From positions 1 through 64,000 of the forward strand of contig JAUCBJ010000640.1 in assembly GCA_032718475.1 (NCBI GenBank): a stretch of 64,000 nt of DNA. Reading direction: 5' to 3'. The position numbers and the translations under genes are program-made. The DNA is from Nemertoderma westbladi (taxonomy: Eukaryota > Animalia > Xenacoelomorpha). Shown here in pieces: positions 39,201 through 54,200 of this stretch. The notes under the pieces are model-generated. The model did not search any database, was not told the origin of the DNA, and saw only the letters and a program-made list of their open reading frames with translations. Position 1 is the first letter of the stretch; every line of letters starts with the position of its first letter.

Positions 39201-42200
39201 ATACCCCCGAGGTGAGTAAATAAAGAGGGAGTTCAGGTTAATATACCCCCGAGGTGAGTAAATAAAGAGAGAGTTTAGGTTAATATACCTCCGAGGTGAG
39301 TAAATAAAGAGAGAGTTTAGGTTAATATACCTCCGAGGTGAGTAAATAAAGAGGGAGTTTAGGTTAATATACCCCCGAGGTGAGTAAATAAAGAGAGAGT
39401 TTAGGTTAATATACCTCCGAGGTGAGTAAATAAAGAGGGAGTTTAGGTTAATATACCTCCGAGGTGAGTAAATAAAGAGGGAGTTTAGGTTAATATACCT
39501 CCGAGGTGAGTAAATAAAGAGGGAGTTTAGGTTAATATACCCCCGAGGTGAGTAAATAAAGATGGAGTTTAGGTTAATATACCCCCGAGGTGAGTAAATA
39601 AAGAGAGAGTTTAGGTTAATATACCTCCGAGGTGAGTAAATAAAGAGGGAGTTTAGGTTAATATACCCCCGAGGTGAGTAAATAAAGAGGGAGTAGTTCA
39701 GGTTAATATACCTCCGAGGTGAGTAAATAAAGAGGGAGTTTAGGTTAATATACCTCCGAGGTGAGTAAATAAAGAGAGAGTTTAGGTTAATATACCTCCG
39801 AGGTGAGTAAATAAAGAGAGAGTTTAGGTTAATATACCTCCGAGGTGAGTAAATAAAGAGAGAGTTTAGGTTAATATACCCCCGAGGTGAGTAAATAAAG
39901 AGGGAGTAGTTCAGGTTAATATACCCCCGAGGTGAGTAAATAAAGAGGGAGTTCAGGTTAATATACCCCCGAGGTGAGTAAATAAAGAGAGAGTTTAGGT
40001 TAATATACCTCCGAGGTGAGTAAATAAAGAGAGAGTTTAGGTTAATATACCTCCGAGGTGAGTAAATAAAGAGGGAGTTTAGGTTAATATACCCCCGAGG
40101 TGAGTAAATAAAGAGAGAGTTTAGGTTAATATACCTCCGAGGTGAGTAAATAAAGAGAGAGTTTAGGTTAATATACCTCCGAGGTGAGTAAATAAAGAGG
40201 GAGTTTAGGTTAATATACCCCCGAGGTGAGTAAATAAAGAGGGAGTTTAGGTTAATATACCCCCGAGGTGAGTAAATAAAGAGAGAGTTCAGGTTAATAT
40301 ACCTCCGAGGTGAGTAAATAAAGAGGGAGTTTAGGTTAATATACCCCCGAGGTGAGTAAATAAAGAGGGAGTAGTTCAGGTTAATATACCCCCGAGGTGA
40401 GTAAATAAAGAGAGAGTACAGGTTAATATACCCCCGAGGTGAGTAAATAAAGAGGGAGTTTAGGTTAATATACCCCCGAGGTGAGTAAATAAAGAGGGAG
40501 TAGTTCAGGTTAATATACCCCCGAGGTGAGTAAATAAAGAGAGAGTTTAGGTTAATATACCTCCGAGGTGAGTAAATAAAGAGAGAGTTTAGGTTAATAT
40601 ACCTCCGAGGTGAGTAAATAAAGAGGGAGTTTAGGTTAATATACCCCCGAGGTGAGTAAATAAAGAGAGAGTTTAGGTTAATATACCTCCGAGGTGAGTA
40701 AATAAAGAGAGAGTTTAGGTTAATATACCCCCGAGGTGAGTAAATAAAGAGAGAGTTTAGGTTAATATACCTCCGAGGTGAGTAAATAAAGAGAGAGTTC
40801 AGGTTAATATACCTCCGAGGTGAGTAAATAAAGAGGGAGTTTAGGTTAATATACCCCCGAGGTGAGTAAATAAAGAGGGAGTAGTTCAGGTTAATATACC
40901 CCCGAGGTGAGTAAATAAAGAGGGAGTAGTTCTGGTTAATATACCTCCGAGGTGAGTAAATAAAGAGAGAGTTTAGGTTAATATACCTCCGAGGTGAGTA
41001 AATAAAGAGGGAGTTTAGGTTAATATACCCCCGAGGTGAGTAAATAAAGAGAGAGTTTAGGTTAATATACCTCCGAGGTGAGTAAATAAAGAGAGAGTTT
41101 AGGTTAATATACCTCCGAGGTGAGTAAATAAAGAGGGAGTTTAGGTTAATATACCCCCGAGGTGAGTAAATAAAGAGGGAGTAGTTCAGGTTAATATACC
41201 CCCGAGGTGAGTAAATAAAGAGGGAGTTCAGGTTAATATACCCCCGAGGTGAGTAAATAAAGAGAGAGTTTAGGTTAATATACCTCCGAGGTGAGTAAAT
41301 AAAGAGGGAGTTTAGGTTAACATACCCCCGAGGTGAGTAAATAAAGAGGGAGTAGTTCAGGTTAATATACCCCCGAGGTGAGTAAATAAAGAGAGAGTTT
41401 AGGTTAATATACCTCCGAGGTGAGTAAATAAAGAGAGAGTTTAGGTTAATATACCCCCGAGGTGAGTAAATAAAGAGGGAGTTCAGGTTAATATACCCCC
41501 GAGGTGAGTAAATAAAGAGAGAGTTTAGGTTAATATACCTCCGAGGTGAGTAAATAAAGAGGGAGTTTAGGTTAATATACCCCCGAGGTGAGTAAATAAA
41601 GAGAGAGTTTAGGTTAATATACCTCCGAGGTGAGTAAATAAAGAGAGAGTTTAGGTTAATATACCTCCGAGGTGAGTAAATAAAGAGAGAGTTTAGGTTA
41701 ATATACCTCCGAGGTGAGTAAATAAAGAGGGAGTTCAGGTTAATATACCCCCGAGGTGAGTAAATAAAGAGAGAGTTTAGGTTAATATACCTCCGAGGTG
41801 AGTAAATAAAGAGGGAGTTTAGGTTAATATACCCCCGAGGTGAGTAAATAAAGAGAGAGTTTAGGTTAATATACCTCCGAGGTGAGTAAATAAAGAGAGA
41901 GTTTAGGTTAATATACCTCCGAGGTGAGTAAATAAAGAGAGAGTTTAGGTTAATATACCTCCGAGGTGAGTAAATAAAGAGAGAGTTTAGGTTAATATAC
42001 CTCCGAGGTGAGTAAATAAAGAGGGAGTTTAGGTTAATATACCCCCGAGGTGAGTAAATAAAGAGAGAGTTTAGGTTAATATACCTCCGAGGTGAGTAAA
42101 TAAAGAGAGAGTTTAGGTTAATATACCTCCGAGGTGAGTAAATAAAGAGGGAGTTCAGGTTAATATACCCCCGAGGTGAGTAAATAAAGAGAGAGTTTAG

Positions 42201-45200
42201 GTTAATATACCTCCGAGGTGAGTAAATAAAGAGGGAGTTCAGGTTAATATACCCCCGAGGTGAGTAAATAAAGAGAGAGTTTAGGTTAATATACCTCCGA
42301 GGTGAGTAAATAAAGAGGGAGTTTAGGTTAATATACCCCCGAGGTGAGTAAATAAAGAGGGAGTAGTTCAGGTTAATATACCCCCGAGGTGAGTAAATAA
42401 AGAGAGAGTTTAGGTTAATATACCTCCGAGGTGAGTAAATAAAGAGAGAGTTTAGGTTAATATACCCCCGAGGTGAGTAAATAAAGAGGGAGTTCAGGTT
42501 AATATACCCCCGAGGTGAGTAAATAAAGAGGGAGTTTAGGTTAATATACCTCCGAGGTGAGTAAATAAAGAGGGAGTAGTTCAGGTTAATATACCCCCGA
42601 GGTGAGTAAATAAAGAGAGAGTTTAGGTTAATATACCTCCGAGGTGAGTAAATAAAGAGAGAGTTTAGGTTAATATACCCCCGAGGTGAGTAAATAAAGA
42701 GGGAGTTCAGGTTAATATACCCCCGAGGTGAGTAAATAAAGAGAGAGTTTAGGTTAATATACCTCCGAGGTGAGTAAATAAAGAGGGAGTTTAGGTTAAT
42801 ATACCCCCGAGGTGAGTAAATAAAGAGGGAGTAGTTCAGGTTAATATACCCCCGAGGTGAGTAAATAAAGAGAGAGTTTAGGTTAATATACCTCCGAGGT
42901 GAGTAAATAAAGAGAGAGTTTAGGTTAATATACCCCCGAGGTGAGTAAATAAAGAGGGAGTTCAGGTTAATATACCCCCGAGGTGAGTAAATAAAGAGAG
43001 AGTTTAGGTTAATATACCTCCGAGGTGAGTAAATAAAGAGGGAGTTTAGGTTAATATACCCCCGAGGTGAGTAAATAAAGAGGGAGTAGTTCAGGTTAAT
43101 ATACCCCCGAGGTGAGTAAATAAAGAGGGAGTTCAGGTTAATATACCCCCGAGGTGAGTAAATAAAGAGAGAGTTTAGGTTAATATACCTCCGAGGTGAG
43201 TAAATAAAGAGAGAGTTTAGGTTAATATACCTCCGAGGTGAGTAAATAAAGAGAGAGTTTAGGTTAATATACCTCCGAGGTGAGTAAATAAAGAGAGAGT
43301 TTAGGTTAATATACCTCCGAGGTGAGTAAATAAAGAGAGAGTTTAGGTTAATATACCTCCGAGGTGAGTAAATAAAGAGAGAGTTTAGGTTAATATACCT
43401 CCGAGGTGAGTAAATAAAGAGAGAGTTTAGGTTAATATACCTCCGAGGTGAGTAAATAAAGAGAGAGTTTAGGTTAATATACCTCCGAGGTGAGTAAATA
43501 AAGAGAGAGTTTAGGTTAATATACCTCCGAGGTGAGTAAATAAAGAGAGAGTTTAGGTTAATATACCTCCGAGGTGAGTAAATAAAGAGAGAGTTCAGGT
43601 TAATATACCTCCGAGGTGAGTAAATAAAGAGAGAGTTTAGGTTAATATACCTCCGAGGTGAGTAAATAAAGAGAGAGTTTAGGTTAATATACCTCCGAGG
43701 TGAGTAAATAAAGAGAGAGTTTAGGTTAATATACCTCCGAGGTGAGTAAATAAAGAGAGAGTTTAGGTTAATATACCTCCGAGGTGAGTAAATAAAGAGA
43801 GAGTTTAGGTTAATATACCCCCGAGGTGAGTAAATAAAGAGGGAGTAGTTCAGGTTAATATACCCCCGAGGTGAGTAAATAAAGAGAGAGTTTAGGTTAA
43901 TATACCCCCGAGGTGAGTAAATAAAGAGGGAGTTTAGGTTAATATACCTCCGAGGTGAGTAAATAAAGAGAGAGTTTAGGTTAATATACCTCCGAGGTGA
44001 GTAAATAAAGAGGGAGTTTAGGTTAATATACCTCCGAGGTGAGTAAATAAAGAGAGAGTTCAGGTTAATATACCCCCGAGGTGAGTAAATAAAGAGGGAG
44101 TAGTTCAGGTTAATATACCCCCGAGGTGAGTAAATAAAGAGAGAGTTTAGGTTAATATACCCCCGAGGTGAGTAAATAAAGAGAGAGTTTAGGTTAATAT
44201 ACCTCCGAGGTGAGTAAATAAAGAGAGAGTTTAGGTTAATATACCTCCGAGGTGAGTAAATAAAGAGGGAGTAGTTCAGGTTAATATACCCCCGAGGTGA
44301 GTAAATAAAGAGAGAGTAGTTCAGGTTAATATACCCCCGAGGTGAGTAAATAAAGAGGGAGTTTAGGTTAATATACCCCCGAGGTGAGTAAATAAAGAGG
44401 GAGTTTAGGTTAATATACCTCCGAGGTGAGTAAATAAAGAGGGAGTTTAGGTTAATATACCCCCGAGGTGAGTAAATAAAGAGGGAGTTTAGGTTAATAT
44501 ACCTCCGAGGTGAGTAAATAAAGAGAGAGTTTAGGTTAATATACCCCCGAGGTGAGTAAATAAAGAGAGAGTAGTTCAGGTTAATATACCCCCGAGGTGA
44601 GTAAATAAAGAGGGAGTTTAGGTTAATATACCCCCGAGGTGAGTAAATAAAGAGGGAGTTTAGGTTAATATACCTCCGAGGTGAGTAAATAAAGAGAGAG
44701 TTTAGGTTAATATACCTCCGAGGTGAGTAAATAAAGAGAGAGTTTAGGTTAATATACCCCCGAGGTGAGTAAATAAAGAGAGAGTAGTTCAGGTTAATAT
44801 ACCCCCGAGGTGAGTAAATAAAGAGGGAGTTTAGGTTAATATACCCCCGAGGTGAGTAAATAAAGAGGGAGTTTAGGTTAATATACCTCCGAGGTGAGTA
44901 AATAAAGAGAGAGTTTAGGTTAATATACCTCCGAGGTGAGTAAATAAAGAGGGAGTTTAGGTTAATATACCTCCGAGGTGAGTAAATAAAGAGAGAGTTC
45001 AGGTTAATATACCCCCGAGGTGAGTAAATAAAGAGGGAGTAGTTCAGGTTAATATACCCCCGAGGTGAGTAAATAAAGAGAGAGTTTAGGTTAATATACC
45101 CCCGAGGTGAGTAAATAAAGAGAGAGTTTAGGTTAATATACCCCCGAGGTGAGTAAATAAAGAGAGAGTTTAGGTTAATATACCCCCGAGGTGAGTAAAT

Positions 45201-48200
45201 AAAGAGAGAGTTCAGGTTAATATACCTCCGAGGTGAGTAAATAAAGAGGGAGTAGTTCAGGTTAATATACCTCCGAGGTGAGTAAATAAAGAGAGAGTTC
45301 AGGTTAATATACCCCCGAGGTGAGTAAATAAAGAGAGAGTTTAGGTTAATATACCTCCGAGGTGAGTAAATAAAGAGAGAGTTTAGGTTAATATACCCCC
45401 GAGGTGAGTAAATAAAGAGGGAGTAGTTCAGGTTAATATACCTCCGAGGTGAGTAAATAAAGAGAGAGTTTAGGTTAATATACCTCCGAGGTGAGTAAAT
45501 AAAGAGGGAGTTTAGGTTAATATACCTCCGAGGTGAGTAAATAAAGAGGGAGTTTAGGTTAATATACCCCCGAGGTGAGTAAATAAAGAGAGAGTTTAGG
45601 TTAATATACCTCCGAGGTGAGTAAATAAAGAGAGAGTTTAGGTTAATATACCCCCGAGGTGAGTAAATAAAGAGAGAGTTTAGGTTAATATACCCCCGAG
45701 GTGAGTAAATAAAGAGGGAGTAGTTCAGGTTAATATACCCCCGAGGTGAGTAAATAAAGAGAGAGTTTAGGTTAATATACCCCCGAGGTGAGTAAATAAA
45801 GAGGGAGTTTAGGTTAATATACCTCCGAGGTGAGTAAATAAAGAGAGAGTTTAGGTTAATATACCCCCGAGGTGAGTAAATAAAGAGAGAGTTTAGGTTA
45901 ATATACCCCCGAGGTGAGTAAATAAAGAGGGAGTTTAGGTTAATATACCCCCGAGGTGAGTAAATAAAGAGAGAGTTTAGGTTAATATACCTCCGAGGTG
46001 AGTAAATAAAGAGAGAGTTTAGGTTAATATACCCCCGAGGTGAGTAAATAAAGAGAGAGTTTAGGTTAATATACCCCCGAGGTGAGTAAATAAAGAGGGA
46101 GTAGTTCAGGTTAATATACCCCCGAGGTGAGTAAATAAAGAGAGAGTTTAGGTTAATATACCCCCGAGGTGAGTAAATAAAGAGGGAGTTTAGGTTAATA
46201 TACCTCCGAGGTGAGTAAATAAAGAGAGAGTTTAGGTTAATATACCTCCGAGGTGAGTAAATAAAGAGGGAGTTTAGGTTAATATACCTCCGAGGTGAGT
46301 AAATAAAGAGAGAGTAGTTCAGGTTAATATACCTCCGAGGTGAGTAAATAAAGAGAGAGTTTAGGTTAATATACCTCCGAGGTGAGTAAATAAAGAGGGA
46401 GTTTAGGTTAATATACCTCCGAGGTGAGTAAATAAAGAGAGAGTTTAGGTTAATATACCTCCGAGGTGAGTAAATAAAGAGAGAGTTTAGGTTAATATAC
46501 CTCCGAGGTGAGTAAATAAAGAGGGAGTTTAGGTTAATATACCTCCGAGGTGAGTAAATAAAGAGAGAGTTTAGGTTAATATACCTCCGAGGTGATTAAA
46601 TAAAGAGAGAGTAGTTCAGGTTAATATACCCCCGAGGTGAGTAAATAAAGAGAGAGTTTAGGTTAATATACCTCCGAGGTGAGTAAATAAAGAGGGAGTT
46701 TAGGTTAATATACCCCCGAGGTGAGTAAATAAAGAGGGAGTTTAGGTTAATATACCCCCGAGGTGAGTAAATAAAGAGGGAATTTAGGTTAATATACCCC
46801 CGAGGTGAGTAAATAAAGAGAGAGTTTAGGTTAATATACCCCCGAGGTGAGTAAATAAAGAGGGAGTTTAGGTTAATATACCCCCGAGGTGAGTAAATAA
46901 AGAGAGAGTTTAGGTTAATATACCTCCGAGGTGAGTAAATAAAGAGAGAGTTCAGGTTAATATACCTCCGAGGTGAGTAAATAAAGAGGGAGTAGTTCAG
47001 GTTAATATACCTCCGAGGTGAGTAAATAAAGAGAGAGTAGTTCAGGTTAATATACCCCCGAGGTGAGTAAATAAAGAGGGAGTAGTTCAGGTTAATATAC
47101 CTCCGAGGTGAGTAAATAAAGAGAGAGTTCAGGTTAATATACCTCCGAGGTGAGTAAATAAAGAGAGAGTTTAGGTTAATATACCCCCGAGGTGAGTAAA
47201 TAAAGAGGGAGTAGTTCAGGTTAATATACCTCCGAGGTGAGTAAATAAAGAGAGAGTTTAGGTTAATATACCTCCGAGGTGAGTAAATAAAGAGGGAGTA
47301 GTTCAGGTTAATATACCCCCGAGGTGAGTAAATAAAGAGGGAGTAGTTCAGGTTAATATACCCCCGAGGTGAGTAAATAAAGAGAGAGTTTAGGTTAATA
47401 TACCTCCGAGGTGAGTAAATAAAGAGAGAGTTTAGGTTAATATACCTCCGAGGTGAGTAAATAAAGAGAGAGTTCAGGTTAATATACCCCCGAGGTGAGT
47501 AAATAAAGAGAGAGTTTAGGTTAATATACCTCCGAGGTGAGTAAATAAAGAGGGAGTTTAGGTTAATATACCCCCGAGGTGAGTAAATAAAGAGAGAGTT
47601 TAGGTTAATATACCTCCGAGGCGAGTAAATAAAGAGGGAGTTTAGGTTAATATACCTCCGAGGTGAGTAAATAAAGAGGGAGTTTAGGTTAATATACCTC
47701 CGAGGTGAGTAAATAAAGAGGGAGTTTAGGTTAATATACCCCCGAGGTGAGTAAATAAAGAGGGAGTTTAGGTTAATATACCTCCGAGGTGAGTAAATAA
47801 AGAGGGAGTTTAGGTTAATATACCCCCGAGGTGAGTAAATAAAGAGGGAGTTTAGGTTAATATACCTCCGAGGTGAGTAAATAAAGAGGGAGTTTAGGTT
47901 AATATACCTCCGAGGTGAGTAAATAAAGAGGGAGTTTAGGTTAATATACCCCCGAGGTGAGTAAATAAAGAGAGAGTTTAGGTTAATATACCTCCGAGGT
48001 GAGTAAATAAAGAGGGAGTTTAGGTTAATATACCTCCGAGGTGAGTAAATAAAGAGGGAGTTTAGGTTAATATACCTCCGAGGTGAGTAAATAAAGAGGG
48101 AGTTTAGGTTAATATACCCCCGAGGTGAGTAAATAAAGAGAGAGTTTAGGTTAATATACCCCCGAGGTGAGTAAATAAAGAGAGAGTTTAGGTTAATATA

Positions 48201-51200
48201 CCTCCGAGGTGAGTAAATAAAGAGGGAGTTTAGGTTAATATACCTCCGAGGTGAGTAAATAAAGAGGGAGTTTAGGTTAATATACCCCCGAGGTGAGTAA
48301 ATAAAGAGAGAGTTTAGGTTAATATACCTCCGAGGTGAGTAAATAAAGAGGGAGTAGTTCAGGTTAATATACCTCCGAGGTGAGTAAATAAAGAGAGAGT
48401 TTAGGTTAATATACCTCCGAGGTGAGTAAATAAAGATATAGTTTAGGTTAATATACCTCCGAGGTGAGTAAATAAAGAGAGAGTTTAGGTTAATATACCT
48501 CCGAGGTGAGTAAATAAAGAGGGAGTTTAGGTTAATATACCTCCGAGGTGAGTAAATAAAGAGGGAGTTTAGGTTAATATACCTCCGAGGTGAGTAAATA
48601 AAGAGGGAGTAGTTCAGGTTAATATACCTCCGAGGTGAGTAAATAAAGAGAGAGTTTAGGTTAATATACCTCCGAGGTGAGTAAATAAAGATATAGTTTA
48701 GGTTAATATACCCCCGAGGTGAGTAAATAAAGAGGGAGTTTAGGTTAATATACCCCCGAGGTGAGTAAATAAAGAGGGAGTTCAGGTTAATATACCTCCG
48801 AGGTGAGTAAATAAAGAGGGAGTTTAGGTTAATATACCCCCGAGGTGAGTAAATAAAGAGGGAGTTCAGGTTAATATACCTCCGAGGTGAGTAAATAAAG
48901 AGGGAGTTTAGGTTAATATACCTCCGAGGTGAGTAAATAAAGAGAGAGTAGTTCAGGTTAATATACCTCCGAGGTGAGTAAATAAAGAGGGAGTTTAGGT
49001 TAATATACCCCCGAGGTGAGTAAATAAAGAGGGAGTTTAGGTTAATATACCCCCGAGGTGAGTAAATAAAGAGGGAGTTCAGGTTAATATACCTCCGAGG
49101 TGAGTAAATAAAGAGGGAGTTTAGGTTAATATACCTCCGAGGTGAGTAAATAAAGAGAGAGTAGTTCAGGTTAATATACCCCCGAGGTGAGTAAATAAAG
49201 AGGGAGTTCAGGTTAATATACCTCCGAGGTGAGTAAATAAAGAGGGAGTTTAGGTTAATATACCTCCGAGGTGAGTAAATAAAGAGAGAGTAGTTCAGGT
49301 TAATATACCTCCGAGGTGAGTAAATAAAGAGGGAGTTTAGGTTAATATACCTCCGAGGTGAGTAAATAAAGAGGGAGTAGTTCAGGTTAATATACCTCCG
49401 AGGTGAGTAAATAAAGAGAGAGTTTAGGTTAATATACCTCCGAGGTGAGTAAATAAAGAGAGAGTTTAGGTTAATATACCTCCGAGGTGAGTAAATAAAG
49501 AGGGAGTTTAGGTTAATATACCCCCGAGGTGAGTAAATAAAGAGGGAGTTCAGGTTAATATACCTCCGAGGTGAGTAAATAAAGAGGGAGTTTAGGTTAA
49601 TATACCCCCGAGGTGAGTAAATAAAGAGAGAGTAGTTCAGGTTAATATACCTCCGAGGTGAGTAAATAAAGAGGGAGTTTAGGTTAATATACCTCCGAGG
49701 TGAGTAAATAAAGAGGGAGTAGTTCAGGTTAATATACCTCCGAGGTGAGTAAATAAAGAGGGAGTTTAGGTTAATATACCTCCGAGGTGAGTAAATAAAG
49801 AGGGAGTAGTTCAGGTTAATATACCTCCGAGGTGAGTAAATAAAGAGAGAGTTTAGGTTAATATACCTCCGAGGTGAGTAAATAAAGAGAGAGTTTAGGT
49901 TAATATACCTCCGAGGTGAGTAAATAAAGAGAGAGTTTAGGTTAATATACCTCCGAGGTGAGTAAATAAAGAGGGAGTTTAGGTTAATATACCTCCGAGG
50001 TGAGTAAATAAAGAGAGAGTTTAGGTTAATATACCTCCGAGGTGAGTAAATAAAGAGAGAGTTTAGGTTAATATACCTCCGAGGTGAGTAAATAAAGAGA
50101 GAGTTTAGGTTAATATACCTCCGAGGTGAGTAAATAAAGAGAGAGTTTAGGTTAATATACCTCCGAGGTGAGTAAATAAAGAGAGAGTTTAGGTTAATAT
50201 ACCTCCGAGGTGAGTAAATAAAGAGAGAGTTTAGGTTAATATACCTCCGAGGTGAGTAAATAAAGAGAGAGTTTAGGTTAATATACCTCCGAGGTGAGTA
50301 AATAAAGAGAGAGTTTAGGTTAATATACCTCCGAGGTGAGTAAATAAAGAGAGAGTTTAGGTTAATATACCTCCGAGGTGAGTAAATAAAGAGAGAGTTT
50401 AGGTTAATATACCTCCGAGGTGAGTAAATAAAGAGGGAGTAGTTCAGGTTAATATACCTCCGAGGTGAGTAAATAAAGAGGGAGTAGTTCAGGTTAATAT
50501 ACCTCCGAGGTGAGTAAATAAAGAGGGAGTTCAGGTTAATATACCCCCGAGGTGAGTAAATAAAGATATAGTTCAGGTTAATATACCTCCGAGGTGAGTA
50601 AATAAAGAGGGAGTTCAGGTTAATATACCCCCGAGGTGAGTAAATAAAGATATAGTTCAGGTTAATATACCTCCGAGGTGAGTAAATAAAGAGGGAGTTT
50701 AGGTTAATATACCTCCGAGGTGAGTAAATAAAGAGGGAGTAGTTTAGGTTAATATACCTCCGAGGTGAGTAAATAAAGAGGGAGTTCAGGTTAATATACC
50801 CCCGAGGTGAGTAAATAAAGATATAGTTCAGGTTAATATACCTCCGAGGTGAGTAAATAAAGAGGGAGTTCAGGTTAATATACCCCCGAGGTGAGTAAAT
50901 AAAGATATAGTTCAGGTTAATATACCTCCGAGGTGAGTAAATAAAGAGAGAGTTTAGGTTAATATACCTCCGAGGTGAGTAAATAAAGAGGGAGTAGTTC
51001 AGGTTAATATACCTCCGAGGTGAGTAAATAAAGAGGGAGTTCAGGTTAATATACCCCCGAGGTGAGTAAATAAAGATATAGTTCAGGTTAATATACCTCC
51101 GAGGTGAGTAAATAAAGAGGGAGTTCAGGTTAATATACCCCCGAGGTGAGTAAATAAAGAGAGAGTAGTTCAGGTTAATATACCTCCGAGGTGAGTAAAT

Positions 51201-54200
51201 AAAGAGGGAGTTCAGGTTAATATACCCCCGAGGTGAGTAAATAAAGATATAGTTCAGGTTAATATACCTCCGAGGTGAGTAAATAAAGAGGGAGTTCAGG
51301 TTAATATACCCCCGAGGTGAGTAAATAAAGAGAGAGTAGTTCAGGTTAATATACCTCCGAGGTGAGTAAATAAAGAGGGAGTTCAGGTTAATATACCCCC
51401 GAGGTGAGTAAATAAAGATATAGTTCAGGTTAATATACCTCCGAGGTGAGTAAATAAAGAGGGAGTTCAGGTTAATATACCCCCGAGGTGAGTAAATAAA
51501 GAGAGAGTTTAGGTTAATATACCTCCGAGGTGAGTAAATAAAGAGAGAGTTTAGGTTAATATACCTCCGAGGTGAGTAAATAAAGAGGGAGTTCAGGTTA
51601 ATATACCCCCGAGGTGAGTAAATAAAGAGGGAGTAGTTCAGGTTAATATACCCCCGAGGTGAGTAAATAAAGAGAGAGTTTAGGTTAATATACCTCCGAG
51701 GTGAGTAAATAAAGAGGGAGTTTAGGTTAATATACCTCCGAGGTGAGTAAATAAAGAGGGAGTTCAGGTTAATATACCCCGAGGTGAGTAAATAAAGAGG
51801 GAGTTTAGGTTAATATACCTCCGAGGTGAGTAAATAAAGAGAGAGTTTAGGTTAATATACCTCCGAGGTGAGTAAATAAAGAGAGAGTTTAGGTTAATAT
51901 ACCTCCGAGGTGAGTAAATAAAGAGGGAGTAGTTCAGGTTAATATACCTCCGAGGTGAGTAAATAAAGAGAGAGTTTAGGTTAATATACCTCCGAGGTGA
52001 GTAAATAAAGAGGGAGTAGTTCAGGTTAATATACCTCCGAGGTGAGTAAATAAAGAGGGAGTTTAGGTTAATATACCTCCGAGGTGAGTAAATAAAGAGA
52101 GAGTTCAGGTTAATATACCCCGAGGTGAGTAAATAAAGAGGGAGTTCAGGTTAATATACCCCCGAGGTGAGTAAATAAAGAGGGAGTTCAGGTTAATATA
52201 CCCCGAGGTGAGTAAATAAAGAGGGAGTTCAGGTTAATATACCCCCGAGGTGAGTAAATAAAGAGGGAGTAGTTCAGGTTAATATACCTCCGAGGTGAGT
52301 AAATAAAGAGGGAGTTTAGGTTAATATACCTCCGAGGTGAGTAAATAAAGAGAGAGTTCAGGTTAATATACCCCGAGGTGAGTAAATAAAGAGGGAGTTC
52401 AGGTTAATATACCCCGAGGTGAGTAAATAAAGAGGGAGTTCAGGTTAATATACCCCCGAGGTGAGTAAATAAAGAGGGAGTAGTTCAGGTTAATATACCC
52501 CCGAGGTGAGTAAATAAAGAGAGAGTTTAGGTTAATATACCTCCGAGGTGAGTAAATAAAGAGGGAGTTTAGGTTAATATACCTCCGAGGTGAGTAAATA
52601 AAGAGGGAGTTCAGGTTAATATACCCCGAGGTGAGTAAATAAAGAGGGAGTTTAGGTTAATATACCTCCGAGGTGAGTAAATAAAGAGAGAGTTTAGGTT
52701 AATATACCTCCGAGGTGAGTAAATAAAGAGAGAGTTTAGGTTAATATACCTCCGAGGTGAGTAAATAAAGAGGGAGTAGTTCAGGTTAATATACCTCCGA
52801 GGTGAGTAAATAAAGAGGGAGTAGTTCAGGTTAATATACCCCGAGGTGAGTAAATAAAGAGGGAGTTCAGGTTAATATACCCCGAGGTGAGTAAATAAAG
52901 AGGGAGTTTAGGTTAATATACCTCCGAGGTGAGTAAATAAAGAGGGAGTTTAGGTTAATATACCTCCGAGGTGAGTAAATAAAGAGAGAGTTTAGGTTAA
53001 TATACCTCCGAGGTGAGTAAATAAAGAGAGAGTTTAGGTTAATATACCTCCGAGGTGAGTAAATAAAGAGAGAGTTTAGGTTAATATACCTCCGAGGTGA
53101 GTAAATAAAGAGGGAGTAGTTCAGGTTAATATACCTCCGAGGTGAGTAAATAAAGAGAGAGTTTAGGTTAATATACCTCCGAGGTGAGTAAATAAAGAGA
53201 GAGTTTAGGTTAATATACCTCCGAGGTGAGTAAATAAAGAGAGAGTTTAGGTTAATATACCCCCGAGGTGAGTAAATAAAGAGGGAGTTTAGGTTAATAT
53301 ACCTCCGAGGTGAGTAAATAAAGAGAGAGTTTAGGTTAATATACCTCCGAGGTGAGTAAATAAAGAGAGAGTTTAGGTTAATATACCTCCGAGGTGAGTA
53401 AATAAAGAGGGAGTAGTTCAGGTTAATATACCTCCGAGGTGAGTAAATAAAGAGAGAGTTTAGGTTAATATACCTCCGAGGTGAGTAAATAAAGAGGGAG
53501 TAGTTCAGGTTAATATACCTCCGAGGTGAGTAAATAAAGAGAGAGTTTAGGTTAATATACCTCCGAGGTGAGTAAATAAAGAGGGAGTAGTTCAGGTTAA
53601 TATACCTCCGAGGTGAGTAAATAAAGAGGGAGTTTAGGTTAATATACCTCCGAGGTGAGTAAATAAAGAGAGAGTTCAGGTTAATATACCTCCGAGGTGA
53701 GTAAATAAAGAGGGAGTAGTTCAGGTTAATATACCTCCGAGGTGAGTAAATAAAGAGAGAGTTTAGGTTAATATACCTCCGAGGTGAGTAAATAAAGAGG
53801 GAGTAGTTCAGGTTAATATACCTCCGAGGTGAGTAAATAAAGAGGGAGTTCAGGTTAATATACCCCGAGGTGAGTAAATAAAGAGAGAGTTTAGGTTAAT
53901 ATACCTCCGAGGTGAGTAAATAAAGAGGGAGTAGTTCAGGTTAATATACCTCCGAGGTGAGTAAATAAAGAGGGAGTTCAGGTTAATATACCCCGAGGTG
54001 AGTAAATAAAGAGGGAGTTTAGGTTAATATACCTCCGAGGTGAGTAAATAAAGAGGGAGTAGTTCAGGTTAATATACCTCCGAGGTGAGTAAATAAAGAG
54101 GGAGTAGTTCAGGTTAATATACCTCCGAGGTGAGTAAATAAAGAGGGAGTAGTTCAGGTTAATATACCTCCGAGGTGAGTAAATAAAGAGGGAGTAGTTC